This document shows, in pieces, positions 9,246-19,162 of a DNA stretch of 64,000 nucleotides; the first letter of the stretch is position 1, and every line of letters begins with the position of its first letter. The notes beneath the pieces were generated by a model that saw only the letters and a program-made list of their open reading frames with translations, searched no databases and had not been told where the DNA came from. Source of the DNA: an uncultured virus (IMG/VR IMGVR_UViG_3300025809_000009) (lineage: Duplodnaviria > Heunggongvirae > Uroviricota > Caudoviricetes); the IMG/VR virus record IMGVR_UViG_3300025809_000009, one strand, 5' to 3'. The translations under genes and the position numbers were made by a program.

Positions 9246-9413
9246 TTAACAAGCAAAAAGTGAGATTAAAAGCATTTGGGCTTTTGCATTCGATTCAATT
9301 TCGTCAAGTTGCATTTGAGCATTCACGACTATTTGCTTAGAGCCTGTATGTCCTGCGTCTGCTTGTGGTTGGTGGTTTGCGATTAAATCGGTGAGTTCTT
9401 TTATTTTATTCAT
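9246..9413 (-). CDS. hypothetical protein, paralog of 11633-11818
   Basis: Start revised to MNKIKEL; shares IxxHxxxAxxG...AQMxLDxI. Confidence 0.55.
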   Translation of the reverse strand: MNKIKELTDLIANHQPQADAGHTGSKQIVVNAQMQLDEIESNAKAQMLLISLFAC

Positions 9414-9451
9414 AGTATTGATATTATAGGTTTTGGGTTGTTGTGTCAAAC

Positions 9452-9655
9452 TTATTTTTTAATTTCTTTAAAAAGTTTACGGATTTCTTTGATGCGTTCG
9501 AGCATTCCCTCGATAGTCATTTTTTCAGTTAGAGTCCGAGGAGCATCTGATTTTTCTTGTGCCATGTAGTTGAGAAAATCAATCGATCCTTCAAGTTGTG
9601 CTAGAGCAGTACCGAAATCGATTTCGTTACAGAGTTGTTCTTTTGTTTTAATCAT
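9452..9655 (-). CDS. hypothetical protein, paralog of 12818-13048
   Basis: DFGTALAQLEG versus DLGLALAEAEG. Confidence 0.6.
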   Translation of the reverse strand: MIKTKEQLCNEIDFGTALAQLEGSIDFLNYMAQEKSDAPRTLTEKMTIEGMLERIKEIRKLFKEIKK

Positions 9656-9685
9656 ATCTTAATCTAATGTATTTAATGGGTTGTG

Positions 9686-10183
9686 TCAAACTTTTTTTGC
9701 AGTAAGTGGTAAATCTTTTGCTAATTGAATGTTTCTTTCGTCATCATCGAAGAACCAAATTTTATCGAAGTTTTCAATTATTGATAGTAAAACTTTTCTT
9801 TTTGACTTTGCAATGTCTGAACCTTTAGATCCAACGCAATGAATTTCTTTTGCAGTTATCTCGAAGCATCCCAAAAACTCGGCTATCGCAGAAGATGCAG
9901 AATCTGTTCTTGCAGTTAAGATAAAAACAGAATGACCTTCATTAAAAACATCTTTCGCTAAGTCTATTAGTTTTGTTGGTGTTCCGTTAAGAATAAAACT
10001 TGATTTGTCAAAGTCTGAGAAGTCGAACCATTGACCATCTTTTAGCTTTGCGTCATTAAACCCTTGAGGAGTTAAGCTTGCAACGCATTCATTTTGTTCA
10101 CTCATGACATGAACCTTTGCATCTGTGAATGCTAAAGTATCATCAAAGTCGAAGACAAAAGCTTTTGTTTTATTTTTAATCAT
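9686..10183 (-). CDS. HAD-superfamily phosphatase
   Basis: FVFDFDDTL, ILTAR, Lys and FFDDD HAD motifs I-IV; start revised to MIKNKTK. Confidence 0.75.
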   Translation of the reverse strand: MIKNKTKAFVFDFDDTLAFTDAKVHVMSEQNECVASLTPQGFNDAKLKDGQWFDFSDFDKSSFILNGTPTKLIDLAKDVFNEGHSVFILTARTDSASSAIAEFLGCFEITAKEIHCVGSKGSDIAKSKRKVLLSIIENFDKIWFFDDDERNIQLAKDLPLTAKKV

Positions 10184-10208
10184 ACTTAAACATAAGGCAT
10201 AACCAAGC

Positions 10209-10472
10209 AAAACGCAAACTTTTTCTCACTTACCTTTCAACTATGTTTTTGCACAATCCTGTTGCGATTTTGTTGCGAAGTTGGCACGGAATCTGTATCA
10301 ATTCTGTTGTAAGTCGTTGCTATTCAACGAGTTACGGAAAACTCCGGAGGGCAGTTTGCCCTAAGTCGTTGATATTCAAGAACTTACGACAAAACCGACT
10401 GCACAATCCTATAGCAGGATATGGCACAAAAAAGCCCACATAGTGGGCTATTGCATAGGTTAACTATGTGAG
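10209..10472. repeat. ~260-bp dispersed repeat copy A (promoter, paired palindromes, terminator)
   Basis: Near-identical to 13074-13338 and partly to 11446-11625; palindromes at 10310 and 10362. Confidence 0.9.
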
Positions 10473-10480
10473 GGTTTAAG

Positions 10481-11086
10481 TTATATTTTCATTAAGTCAT
10501 TGGCTTTGATAGACAAAGAGACTTGACGAGCTTCGCCTTGCATTGTTCCTTTTGAAGTGCTCCATCTATTTTTTCTTGAAATGTTACTAACAAAGAATTC
10601 GCTTTTGATTTTTGCGTTTACATTTTTGACGAATTGGCGAGTTTCTTCTATTGTATTACCTCTATCTTTAACGAATTCAGAGGCTTTCTTCCAAGTGTTA
10701 AAATGTTTTAGTAAAGAATTATCAGCTTTGATTTTGATAAATTTAATATCTACAAGATTGTCGGGCGTTCCATCGTAAAGCCCAATCACTATAACCAAGC
10801 CATCTTTAAGGCATTGCATTTTTCTTTCAAGATCGCCAAGTATTACAACAGACGAATTGATGTTATAATATTTTACTTCCCAATCTGCAACCCAATCAGA
10901 TGAAACATTTCCTTGTGCAACGATTTCTTTTGGAAAGTCAACCTTAGACTTGTATTGATCGTATTCGGGAAAGCCGAAGTAGTCAGCAAGGAACATCTCC
11001 AAACTTTTTCCATGTCCTCCTTTGCTAATGGAGCTTGATTTTATAAATTGAGAGATTCGATTCATTTGAGTTTTAGCAATTTTCAT
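10481..11086 (-). CDS. putative PD-(D/E)xK nuclease (restriction-endonuclease-like)
   Basis: HGKSLE...KVD...WEVK arrangement. Confidence 0.45.
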   Translation of the reverse strand: MKIAKTQMNRISQFIKSSSISKGGHGKSLEMFLADYFGFPEYDQYKSKVDFPKEIVAQGNVSSDWVADWEVKYYNINSSVVILGDLERKMQCLKDGLVIVIGLYDGTPDNLVDIKFIKIKADNSLLKHFNTWKKASEFVKDRGNTIEETRQFVKNVNAKIKSEFFVSNISRKNRWSTSKGTMQGEARQVSLSIKANDLMKI

Positions 11087-11157
11087 TTTATTTATTTTGT
11101 TATTTATTATTAATGTTATAAGTAAGAGAGTATAGTATTTTTTATAAAGGTCAAGCT

Positions 11158-11418
11158 TTATTTTACAAAGATCTGATTGATGTATTTTGTGGCTTGCTTG
11201 TTATGTCCGAGAGTTACCTTAGATTGAAGATTTTCGGCAATCTTATTAATTTTCGTTCTTGCTTCGTTTTTGTTTTCAGCTTGAACTTCGATTACATTGT
11301 TAGTCCTTACCGAGTTAATGAATGTATTCGTATTAGTATTAAACAAAGGAAGTTTCGAATCATCATTTGAGTAGATGTGAACATTACCTGTGAAAGTTTT
11401 AGTTTTATTATTTATCAT
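11158..11418 (-). CDS. hypothetical protein, paralog of 12027-12299
   Basis: Shared TF...VH...NxNTxxxI...IxxxAExKxExRxK...LQxK...YIxQI; start revised. Confidence 0.65.
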   Translation of the reverse strand: MINNKTKTFTGNVHIYSNDDSKLPLFNTNTNTFINSVRTNNVIEVQAENKNEARTKINKIAENLQSKVTLGHNKQATKYINQIFVK

Positions 11419-11445
11419 ATATACAATGTAGTGCATAAAGTGGCT

Positions 11446-11625
11446 AAACGCAAGCTTTTTCTCACTTACCTTTCAACTATCTTTTTGCACGATTCGACTG
11501 CGATTTTGTTACGAAGTTGGCACGGAATCTGTATCGATTCTGTTGTAAGTCGTTGCCGTTCAACGAGTTGCGGAAAAACGCCTAGGGATTTTTTCCCTAA
11601 GTCGTTGGTATTCAGTTACTTACGA
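11446..11625. repeat. dispersed repeat copy B (truncated)
   Basis: Matches copies A and C; palindromes at 11546 and 11598. Confidence 0.9.
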
Positions 11626-11632
11626 AAACTTA

Positions 11633-11818
11633 TTAGTCAACTAAGATGAGGGGATCGGGCAGTGGGGTATGAGCTACATAGTCGGCAAGCTCATTTTGAG
11701 CTATCTTATCAAGTTCCATTTGTGCTGCGATAACATACATTCTTGATAGAATAGAGCCATTTTCTGCAGGCTCGGCGTGATCGTCAATTATTTTTTGCAA
11801 TTTTTGTTTTTCGTTCAT
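11633..11818 (-). CDS. hypothetical protein, paralog of 9246-9413
   Basis: Start revised to MNEKQKL. Confidence 0.55.
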   Translation of the reverse strand: MNEKQKLQKIIDDHAEPAENGSILSRMYVIAAQMELDKIAQNELADYVAHTPLPDPLILVD

Positions 11819-12026
11819 AATTTTATTTGCTTGAGAGAATCGGGGCTTTTGTTTTAGCACTTAATCTTTTTGCGATTCGCAAGGCTTTAGCGTGAGATTT
11901 TGCTCCATCAATTAATTTGCCATTAAAGACGACATTGAACCAATTAGCAAAGTTAGGGTTTGGATGTACATTTATCATTTTATTATTAAAGCAGTTTTTT
12001 AAGTTTTACGCAAGAAAAAAGATAAT

Positions 12027-12299
12027 TTATTTTTCCCAAATTTGTTGGATGTAGTATTGAGCATTATCGCCATCTTTGCGTTGGATGCTTGTTTGAAATT
12101 GCAACTTTGGTTGAAGCGTGCGAATCATGCGAGCAACTTTTCGCCTTACTTCGTGCTTGTCTTCAGCTTCTATAGTGATTGCGTGATGTGTCTTGTCTAT
12201 GTCGATGTATGACTTGGTATTGCTATTCCATAAGGAAATTGCTTCGCCATCGAGGGAAGAGACATGAACGCTTGCTACGAATGTTTTATTCTTTATCAT
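12027..12299 (-). CDS. hypothetical protein, paralog of 11158-11418
   Basis: Visible alignment; own TTGACT-17-TAAATT promoter. Confidence 0.65.
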   Translation of the reverse strand: MIKNKTFVASVHVSSLDGEAISLWNSNTKSYIDIDKTHHAITIEAEDKHEVRRKVARMIRTLQPKLQFQTSIQRKDGDNAQYYIQQIWEK

Positions 12300-12359
12300 A
12301 TATACAATTTAATCTAGTTTTGGTTGAAAGTCAAACTTTATTTTGCTTTTTTTTTCTTA

Positions 12360-12548
12360 TTATTGAAAGACGACATTAAAACGGAATTGATTGAGACCTT
12401 CGTCTCGCATGATCTTATCAAGATGCGATTGACTTGATGCAGTCCGAACCCTTGGGCGATCATTGCCGTTTGAGTCGATGCCTTGATCGAAGATTTTTAC
12501 TGAAGTATGGGTTGACCATTCTTTTATTCTTACTTGTATTTTATTCAT
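12360..12548 (-). CDS. hypothetical protein
   Basis: 62-aa ORF. Confidence 0.5.
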   Translation of the reverse strand: MNKIQVRIKEWSTHTSVKIFDQGIDSNGNDRPRVRTASSQSHLDKIMRDEGLNQFRFNVVFQ

Positions 12549-12568
12549 ATTATTTAATTTTTAAAAGA

Positions 12569-12754
12569 TTAAGCGTTTCGCTCCATTGATCTAAAACCAA
12601 CTCGCTCTTCGAGTTCGATCATTTGAGCGTTGTGCAAATGGAGTTTCCACTCTTTGAGATCTTTCTCAAGTCGGGCGATTTCTAAGGAATCGGTAGCGTT
12701 ACGGATGTCTGTTTCAGTTTCTCTGATACGGAATTTTATTGATGATGAATTCAT
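12569..12754 (-). CDS. hypothetical protein
   Basis: 61-aa ORF. Confidence 0.5.
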   Translation of the reverse strand: MNSSSIKFRIRETETDIRNATDSLEIARLEKDLKEWKLHLHNAQMIELEERVGFRSMERNA

Positions 12755-12817
12755 ATTATTTATTATTTAATTTATTCTATACCTAAAGGTAACATAGTTC
12801 GGGCGTAATTGCAAACT

Positions 12818-13048
12818 TTATTTTGATTTATTTTGCTTTATTTTCTGAAAAGCTTTTCTCGCTTTTTGTACTGCGTTTAATGCGTCAAGAATTGTTATGC
12901 CTTGCGTGATTGTACCTTTCCAATCGGATGAATTTGACTCGCGAGCCAAGTGGTTCAGGTTGCCTTCAGCTTCAGCCAATGCCAAGCCAAGGTCGAGATC
13001 CAAATTCAATTCTTGTTTTATTTCTTCAACTTTATTATTCTTAATCAT
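12818..13048 (-). CDS. hypothetical protein, paralog of 9452-9655
   Basis: Shared motif; follows repeat copy C. Confidence 0.6.
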   Translation of the reverse strand: MIKNNKVEEIKQELNLDLDLGLALAEAEGNLNHLARESNSSDWKGTITQGITILDALNAVQKARKAFQKIKQNKSK

Positions 13049-13073
13049 ATATACAATGTATCAGAGAAAACGG

Positions 13074-13338
13074 CAAAACACAAGCTTTTTCTCACTTACC
13101 TTTCAACTATGTTTTTGCACAATCCTGTTGCGATTTTGTTGCGAAGTTGGCACGGAATCTGTATCGATTCTGTTGTAAGTCGTTGCCGTTCAACGAGTTA
13201 CGGAAAACCGCCCAGGGATTTTTTCCCTAAGTTGTTGGCATTCAAGAACTTACGACAAGACCGACTGCACAATGCTATGGCAGGATAGGACACAAAAAAG
13301 CCCACATAGTGGGCTGTTGTATAGGTCAACTATGTGAG
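13074..13338. repeat. dispersed repeat copy C
   Basis: Near-identical to copy A; palindromes at 13176 and 13228. Confidence 0.9.
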
Positions 13339-13341
13339 AGC

Positions 13342-13650
13342 TTAGAATACTAGAGGATCGGGCAACTTATTAGGCGATGCGAACCAATCGGATGAGTCAA
13401 TCACTTGACCATTTAGTACAGGCTCGAATTTGAATTGGCAAACATCTGCATTCGCTATACCATTGACGCGTTCGCGTGTGGTGGGCGTGTTCCATCCTGC
13501 AAGCGACCAACGCACCAACCCGTCAGGGTCACGCTTGATAATGGCGTTGCCATGTAGCCAAACGGTTTGCCCGTCTGTGCGTGTATTGCCGACTTTTAAA
13601 GATGTGCCGTTATTAAAGGCTTGTTTGATTTGTTCTGTTACTTTTCGCAT
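13342..13650 (-). CDS. conserved hypothetical phage protein
   Basis: LHGNAI...LAGWNTPTTRERVN motif; C-terminal LPDPL shared with 11633-11818. Confidence 0.7.
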   Translation of the reverse strand: MRKVTEQIKQAFNNGTSLKVGNTRTDGQTVWLHGNAIIKRDPDGLVRWSLAGWNTPTTRERVNGIANADVCQFKFEPVLNGQVIDSSDWFASPNKLPDPLVF

Positions 13651-14114
13651 GATTCTATTATTGTTATTATTAATCCTATTATGGCAGATAAAATGATTAT
13701 GTCAAGCATTAAGCGAATAAAGGATGAATTTTAATTTGCCAAGGCATGAACGCAACACGCTTTTGTGATCGATAAAGACGGCAAAGAACTTGCTTGCCTA
13801 ATCGGTCATTAGTGAATTCTTCGATCACTTGGTAAGTGTTATTATCTTTTGCGAGTACGATATCATTTTTCTTATACATATTATTTTATTATTTTATTGT
13901 TATTATTTAATTTATCTTATACATACAATGTAACACATAAACTAAGGAAACGCAAACTTTATTTTACTTTATTTTCGTTATTATTATTTTTAAAAAGATC
14001 TGTTTGTTTGTCAGTCATAGACCGAAACATAAGGAAGAAAGGAAACAGCCAAGGAAGGATTAAAAGAAGTATGTCGTAATTCATATTATTATTTTATTAT
14101 GTTAGTGTTAAAGT

Positions 14115-14330
14115 TTAAGCGAATTCGGAGATACCGATTGCTTCGATTCTGAAATCGTTAACGGTTTCAAGATACGCTTCGCGTTCTGCGTGTTCTTCGG
14201 ATCCTTCTTCAAGATCCATTAACGAGAGACGGGCGAGGGTAAATTCCTCGTTCAACTCTTCAAGTGTTAGAGCATGAAGCACCATGTCGGCGTTTGGATT
14301 GGAGGCGAATTTAGGTTGTGATGATTTCAT
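14115..14330 (-). CDS. hypothetical acidic protein
   Basis: 71-aa ORF, first gene of the minus-strand early arm. Confidence 0.55.
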   Translation of the reverse strand: MKSSQPKFASNPNADMVLHALTLEELNEEFTLARLSLMDLEEGSEEHAEREAYLETVNDFRIEAIGISEFA

Positions 14331-14686
14331 ATTATTTATTTTATTGTATTCTTTATTTAATTAATCTTATATATACAATCTAACATATTCTGACCAAAAG
14401 TCAAGCCTGAAGCAAAAAAACTTTGTGTTGTAAACTATTGATTATTATATACTTACGAAAACATAGAAAAAAAAAGTGAAAAAAGTTTTATTTATTAGGT
14501 ATTCTGTACCCCTCCCCCCCTGTGACCCTACCCATTTAAATGAATTCATTTTTTAATTGTATTGTGCACAAAGTGCGGGGGGTGCCTTTTTTCAATATGA
14601 AAATGAGTCTAATAAATTATAACATATTCGTCGATCCAAAAAAAATCCGGCCACTATTAAAAAATAGTGTATTTTTATATAATCAA

Positions 14687-15418
14687 ATGGCTCGAAAACG
14701 TAAAAAACCCGAGATAACAGACGAGGACGAGATCAAGAAGATCGCATCCTCTCTGCATAAAAGAAACGTCAAGCTGAAAAAACTAAGCCTAACTGACAAA
14801 CAACTAGCTTTATTGAAAATAATATTTGATAAAGAAACAAGTATCGTATTCATCAGTGGCCCTGCGGGCACAAGTAAAACTTATATAGCAATATATGGAG
14901 CATTACAATTATACAATATGAATAATGATAATGGCATTACATATGTACGCACAATCGCAGAAAGTGGCGAAAAAAGCCTTGGCGCACTTCCTGGAGAAAT
15001 GGCCGAGAAGATTAATCCATATATGATGCCAATGAACGAAAAACTCGACGAGCTTTTGGTTCCTGGCCAAGCCAGTATTTTAAGAGAAAAGGATATTATC
15101 AAAGGAATGCCTGTAAATTACCTTCGCGGCGCCAGTTGGATGGACGAAATCGTAATCGCGGATGAATCTCAGAATTTCACATTCAAAGAGCTTACTACTT
15201 TAATGACCCGACTTGGTCGCGGCAGTAAATTAATTATTTGTGGAGATCCAATGCAAAGCGATATCAATGGAAAAAGTGGATTTGCAGATATGTATCGTAT
15301 TTTCGATGATGAAGAGAGTAAAGAACGAGGAATTCATACATTTCATTTTGGAGCAGAAGACATAATGAGAAGTGAAATATTAAAATATGTAATAACAAAA
15401 ATCCAAAATAAAAAATGA
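14687..15418 (+). CDS. phoH: PhoH-family ATPase
   Basis: GPAGTSKT, LGALPG, YLRG, DESQN, TRLG and GDPMQSD motifs; start revised to MARKRK. Confidence 0.92.
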   Translation: MARKRKKPEITDEDEIKKIASSLHKRNVKLKKLSLTDKQLALLKIIFDKETSIVFISGPAGTSKTYIAIYGALQLYNMNNDNGITYVRTIAESGEKSLGALPGEMAEKINPYMMPMNEKLDELLVPGQASILREKDIIKGMPVNYLRGASWMDEIVIADESQNFTFKELTTLMTRLGRGSKLIICGDPMQSDINGKSGFADMYRIFDDEESKERGIHTFHFGAEDIMRSEILKYVITKIQNKK

Positions 15419-15653
15419 ACGAAGAAACATATTTGCCAAAAATAGAAGTTAATGAACAATTAAATTCTTTAAGTCAAGTCGTAGACTGGGCGCAACGATT
15501 ATTGTTACAATAGCCATGGCAATTTCATCGTCAGAAGAAAAACAAGAAAACATTGATATAGATTTTGACGAAAAATTCCAACAAGAAATAAGTAAATAAT
15601 AATTGAATAATTAATCTAATCTCACAAACTCAAAACAAAGTGTATAAATAATT

Positions 15654-17162
15654 ATGTCAAATTATAGTTTAGAAGCGGTCGCTACAAAAGTAGATGATAT
15701 GGAAAATAACCCGCAGCGAAACGTTACAGTTTCTGTTGAAAATCAACTTCAGCTAGCTGATGGCTTCGGGATTAGTCAAACATTAAGTTCCGGTTACTCG
15801 GGTATAGTTTTTGTACGCAATTTCGAAACAGGGGTATCGGATGGGTCTCTGGGTCCAAACGATAGAACCGTCGCTGCTTCTGCCTCAACCGTATCTGTAG
15901 CCAACAACACAATCGTAGTTGCGAGTCACGGATTTGAAGAAAATGGAGTAGTGCGTATCAAATCACCAATTTCCGGAGGAGGCTCTCTTCCTGGAGGAAT
16001 TGAACTTGGTGTAGATTATTACGCCCAGGTTGTTAACGGCAACACTATTAAACTAAAAACCACAAGCGGAGGAGCTCCTCTTAATCTTACTTCTGTAGGT
16101 TCTGGAAATTTTTTAGTTACTCGAGATCTTTTGGTTGCATACAACGTATCAGATTGGGTTACTACGAGTAGCGGTGCGGTGATGGTTACAATGGTAAATT
16201 TTCCTTTTAAGTACGGAACAGACGCATACAAATGGCTCGCTCGATATAGCACAGCTAAAAACGTCGCTTTTTGTTGCGGTGGGAATTTTGCAAGTTCAAC
16301 GCAGACTTCTTTTTTTTATTGGAATCGAACCTCAAAAGGTGATAGACCAACCCCGGCAATAGCAGGAGGTGCCGAATGGGAACCTTTTGATGATGTGTAT
16401 TTTTATGGAAATTTAAGAGGAAATACTGGTTGGGGATTTACTGGCTCTGGAAAAAAGATCGGGGTAAGCAATTTTACCGCTAATGGAAAAACTTATCTTG
16501 GAAGCGGAGTCGGCCTGACTCATGACCAAACCGAGGAAGTTGCAAATCCGGGATATGGAAATTGGAGAAATTATGTTTTTTGTCCACACGATCGATGCCG
16601 TATGATCACAAATGTTTATCCTTCTGACTCAGGAATTCCTTTTTGGTTTAGATATCCAAAAAAAGTTTACATAAATAACATATGGCTTGACTTTCAAGTA
16701 CGAGAAACCGGTTATGTCGGTTCAATGATTAGAACCGGAGCAAAAGTAACAACATTAAATAATGTTGCAATGTACAATTGGACTCAGCAATCCGCCGGAT
16801 CAAGTTGGGGAAATTTTTCGGGTCCTTATACTCCAATATTGGTTGGTGAAGGCGGAGCAAAACTTTACAATGTCGGCAGTGCGCTTATGATTGCTTATGG
16901 TGTTGCAGGAGGGAATCCATATTTTCTTGGAGTTATTGATAAAGGAATGATAACATTATCTCCGCATGGTTATAACTATTATAGTTTTTGGCATGCTGGA
17001 GGACAAGGGGGAATATGGGACCGAGGCTTAAGTATGCGGTACAACGCGTTAAGCTCAAACGGCACTCGCGCTTCTGGTATTCTGATGCAGGGTAACGCTC
17101 AGGTATTCGAGGGGGTTCATTATGCCCCCTACGCTGTTACCCAGAGATACGCCGCCGCCTAA
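15654..17162 (+). CDS. putative virion tail/fibre-associated protein
   Basis: Gly/Ser/Thr-rich beta protein with a HGFxxG...LPGG...YY...NTIKL module; late-type promoter motif. Confidence 0.55.
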   Translation: MSNYSLEAVATKVDDMENNPQRNVTVSVENQLQLADGFGISQTLSSGYSGIVFVRNFETGVSDGSLGPNDRTVAASASTVSVANNTIVVASHGFEENGVVRIKSPISGGGSLPGGIELGVDYYAQVVNGNTIKLKTTSGGAPLNLTSVGSGNFLVTRDLLVAYNVSDWVTTSSGAVMVTMVNFPFKYGTDAYKWLARYSTAKNVAFCCGGNFASSTQTSFFYWNRTSKGDRPTPAIAGGAEWEPFDDVYFYGNLRGNTGWGFTGSGKKIGVSNFTANGKTYLGSGVGLTHDQTEEVANPGYGNWRNYVFCPHDRCRMITNVYPSDSGIPFWFRYPKKVYINNIWLDFQVRETGYVGSMIRTGAKVTTLNNVAMYNWTQQSAGSSWGNFSGPYTPILVGEGGAKLYNVGSALMIAYGVAGGNPYFLGVIDKGMITLSPHGYNYYSFWHAGGQGGIWDRGLSMRYNALSSNGTRASGILMQGNAQVFEGVHYAPYAVTQRYAAA

Positions 17163-17187
17163 TATTCTAAACACAAAAATTTAAAAA

Positions 17188-17502
17188 ATGAAATTATATA
17201 AAACATATAACTGCATGGGAAACCATGAGGGCTACTTTTGTACAGGGCTTGGAAATTTAACCTGCGAGGAATACAGTTCAAACAAAGAACTTCACTGCCA
17301 TGAAATATGCGAAGGTTTTAATCCGCAGGACCCAGCGTGCTATCTGCCGCAGGACCCAACGCAGGACCCAACGCAGGACCCAACGCTGGATCATTCGAAT
17401 AAAGAAGAATCTTTAGTGCAAGAACAGGACGAAGCGGCCGTTTTCATTCCTCCTCTTCCTCCGGGATACGAAGATTTTCTTAAAAATCAAGAAGACAGCT
17501 AA
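17188..17502 (+). CDS. hypothetical Cys-rich protein with PQDP/TQDP repeats
   Basis: 12-bp tandem CGCAGGACCCAA x3 at 17348-17383. Confidence 0.55.
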   Translation: MKLYKTYNCMGNHEGYFCTGLGNLTCEEYSSNKELHCHEICEGFNPQDPACYLPQDPTQDPTQDPTLDHSNKEESLVQEQDEAAVFIPPLPPGYEDFLKNQEDS

Positions 17503-17529
17503 GTCTGATATTCTCGTGTAATTTATTAC

Positions 17530-17844
17530 ATGATTTTGATTATCGAATCTTGCTTAAGCGAACCCCCTAGCGAAATAACATGTTTTCGCGATATTACATT
17601 ATTTAGTAAATTATTTATTTTTGAAGATGTATTACTTGAATGTAAACCAGGAACTCGTGCAATATATTGGAATTGGTTAAAATCCCATGGCGCACATGAT
17701 TTTATATCTCAACTTGTTCTTGATAGCGAAAAGCAAAGCGGCTATACAATAAAAACGACCCGTGGTGCAAATTACAAAACGGATCGTATAAATTATGATA
17801 ACTTTAAGGATATTATTTATACCCTTAGAAGTCTAAAAGCTTAA
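17530..17844 (+). CDS. hypothetical protein
   Basis: 104 aa; GTGTA motif 9 nt upstream. Confidence 0.6.
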   Translation: MILIIESCLSEPPSEITCFRDITLFSKLFIFEDVLLECKPGTRAIYWNWLKSHGAHDFISQLVLDSEKQSGYTIKTTRGANYKTDRINYDNFKDIIYTLRSLKA

Positions 17845-18155
17845 TTCTGAAGCTGATCAGCTTGAGCTTGAGCTTGAGCTTCTGCTAGAGAGGCATCTCC
17901 TTCTTCAATTGTTTTTTTAATTTCTTCGTCACTCATATCTTCGACTTGCTTTTTTGCTTGTTGAATAACTTGTTGTTGAACTAAATTAATTATTTGACCA
18001 AGTGGAACGAGTGAGAATGCTTCTGATAAATTTACATTGCCAAGCATTTTGTTTGCCAAATGAGTTATTGCAATATTTTGCTCTGAAGTATATTGCCCTT
18101 CTTCGGCGGCGTTATCTATTTTTTCTTGTTCGGGTTCTTGTGTTGCTGTTGTCAT
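17841..18155 (-). CDS. hypothetical protein
   Basis: 104-aa Q/E-rich ORF. Confidence 0.6.
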   Translation of the reverse strand: MTTATQEPEQEKIDNAAEEGQYTSEQNIAITHLANKMLGNVNLSEAFSLVPLGQIINLVQQQVIQQAKKQVEDMSDEEIKKTIEEGDASLAEAQAQAQADQLQN

Positions 18156-18193
18156 ATATTATATTATAAGTTATTGTTAAAAATTAAAGTTTA

Positions 18194-18421
18194 TTATTGA
18201 AGATTAAAGAACTTTTGCGGCGAATTATATATTTGTTTATTAACTGGTTCACTTATATCTTGAAGCGCAGCGTCCAATACTATGTTTTTAAATATTAATT
18301 GTTGTTGTAATTTTATTATTTCTTGATTTTGTTTTTCTATTATTGTTCTTTGATCCCATGCGAACCATCCCACGTAAAACAGTAAAAGCAATACACTTGT
18401 TATTCCCAATTGATTGTTCAT
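18194..18421 (-). CDS. membrane-anchored coiled-coil protein
   Basis: N-terminal TM segment followed by heptad repeats. Confidence 0.5.
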   Translation of the reverse strand: MNNQLGITSVLLLLFYVGWFAWDQRTIIEKQNQEIIKLQQQLIFKNIVLDAALQDISEPVNKQIYNSPQKFFNLQ

Positions 18422-18572
18422 GTAATATAGTAATGTAATATATGATATATTCTATGTTTGAAATTATTTTTTAATAGAATGTAATTAAATTAATATGTAT
18501 TATACAATAATAAAATGCAGAGAGTTTCTGCAGGAACCTTTTATTTATTAGAAATAGTGTATATATACTGAT

Positions 18573-19115
18573 ATGGCAAACAAGCAAATTAAAGACTTAG
18601 ATTTAATCGGAAGCAATATTGACGCAGCTTCAGATTTCTTGATCATACAAAAGGCGGATGGCTCAACATATAAAGTAACCGTCGATCAACTTATAAACTC
18701 CAGCACAACCGTTTCTTATGGATCTTCAACCGGCGCACCAACTGTTATCTCAGAAAGATGGACCCCCTCCTCTACCTTCAGCAAAACAATCACTGTAACC
18801 AATATGTTCGACACTACTTCTGCGGGAGTATTAAATCTGGAAGTATCACGGCGTGAGACATTTAACACCGACCAATCCCGCGACTTTGTCATAACCAAAA
18901 TCGCTGGATTGAATGTGATTTCCTTTGGTGGGCAATCAATAACCGTAGGGGGGTCAGAGATACAAATACAGTCAGGAATGACGGTCTCGGCATACAAGAT
19001 GAGAAGAAATTTACTTATGTATGTATCTTGCACGAAAAACTCTTTAATCATCAGAACTCAGCTTGGCATCCAAAAATGCGGGCTGACTGGGCAAGTCTCA
19101 ATCGTACCAAGTTAG
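18573..19115 (+). CDS. putative tail-associated structural protein
   Basis: MANKQIKDL...D.LII...TYKVT N-terminus typical of phage fibre-type proteins. Confidence 0.55.
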   Translation: MANKQIKDLDLIGSNIDAASDFLIIQKADGSTYKVTVDQLINSSTTVSYGSSTGAPTVISERWTPSSTFSKTITVTNMFDTTSAGVLNLEVSRRETFNTDQSRDFVITKIAGLNVISFGGQSITVGGSEIQIQSGMTVSAYKMRRNLLMYVSCTKNSLIIRTQLGIQKCGLTGQVSIVPS

Positions 19116-19162
19116 AAAAATATAATCTTGACTTGTCTCATAATATATGAGATAATTCATAG

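Noticed and set aside
10281..10297. Sigma54-like TTGGCACGGAATCTGTA in the repeat cassettes
   Set aside because: The -12 GC is GT and the motif points away from the adjacent genes; not enough support
2359..13253. dif/Xer or integron attC identity for the palindromes
   Set aside because: No XerD arm (TTATGTTAAAT), no consistent RYYYAAC/GTTRRRY ends, and no integrase in the window
10243..13288. Plus-strand ORFs 10243-10443, 11377-11649, 12897-13178 and 12950-13288 with similar translations
   Set aside because: They are read-throughs of the non-coding repeat cassette, antisense to the real genes
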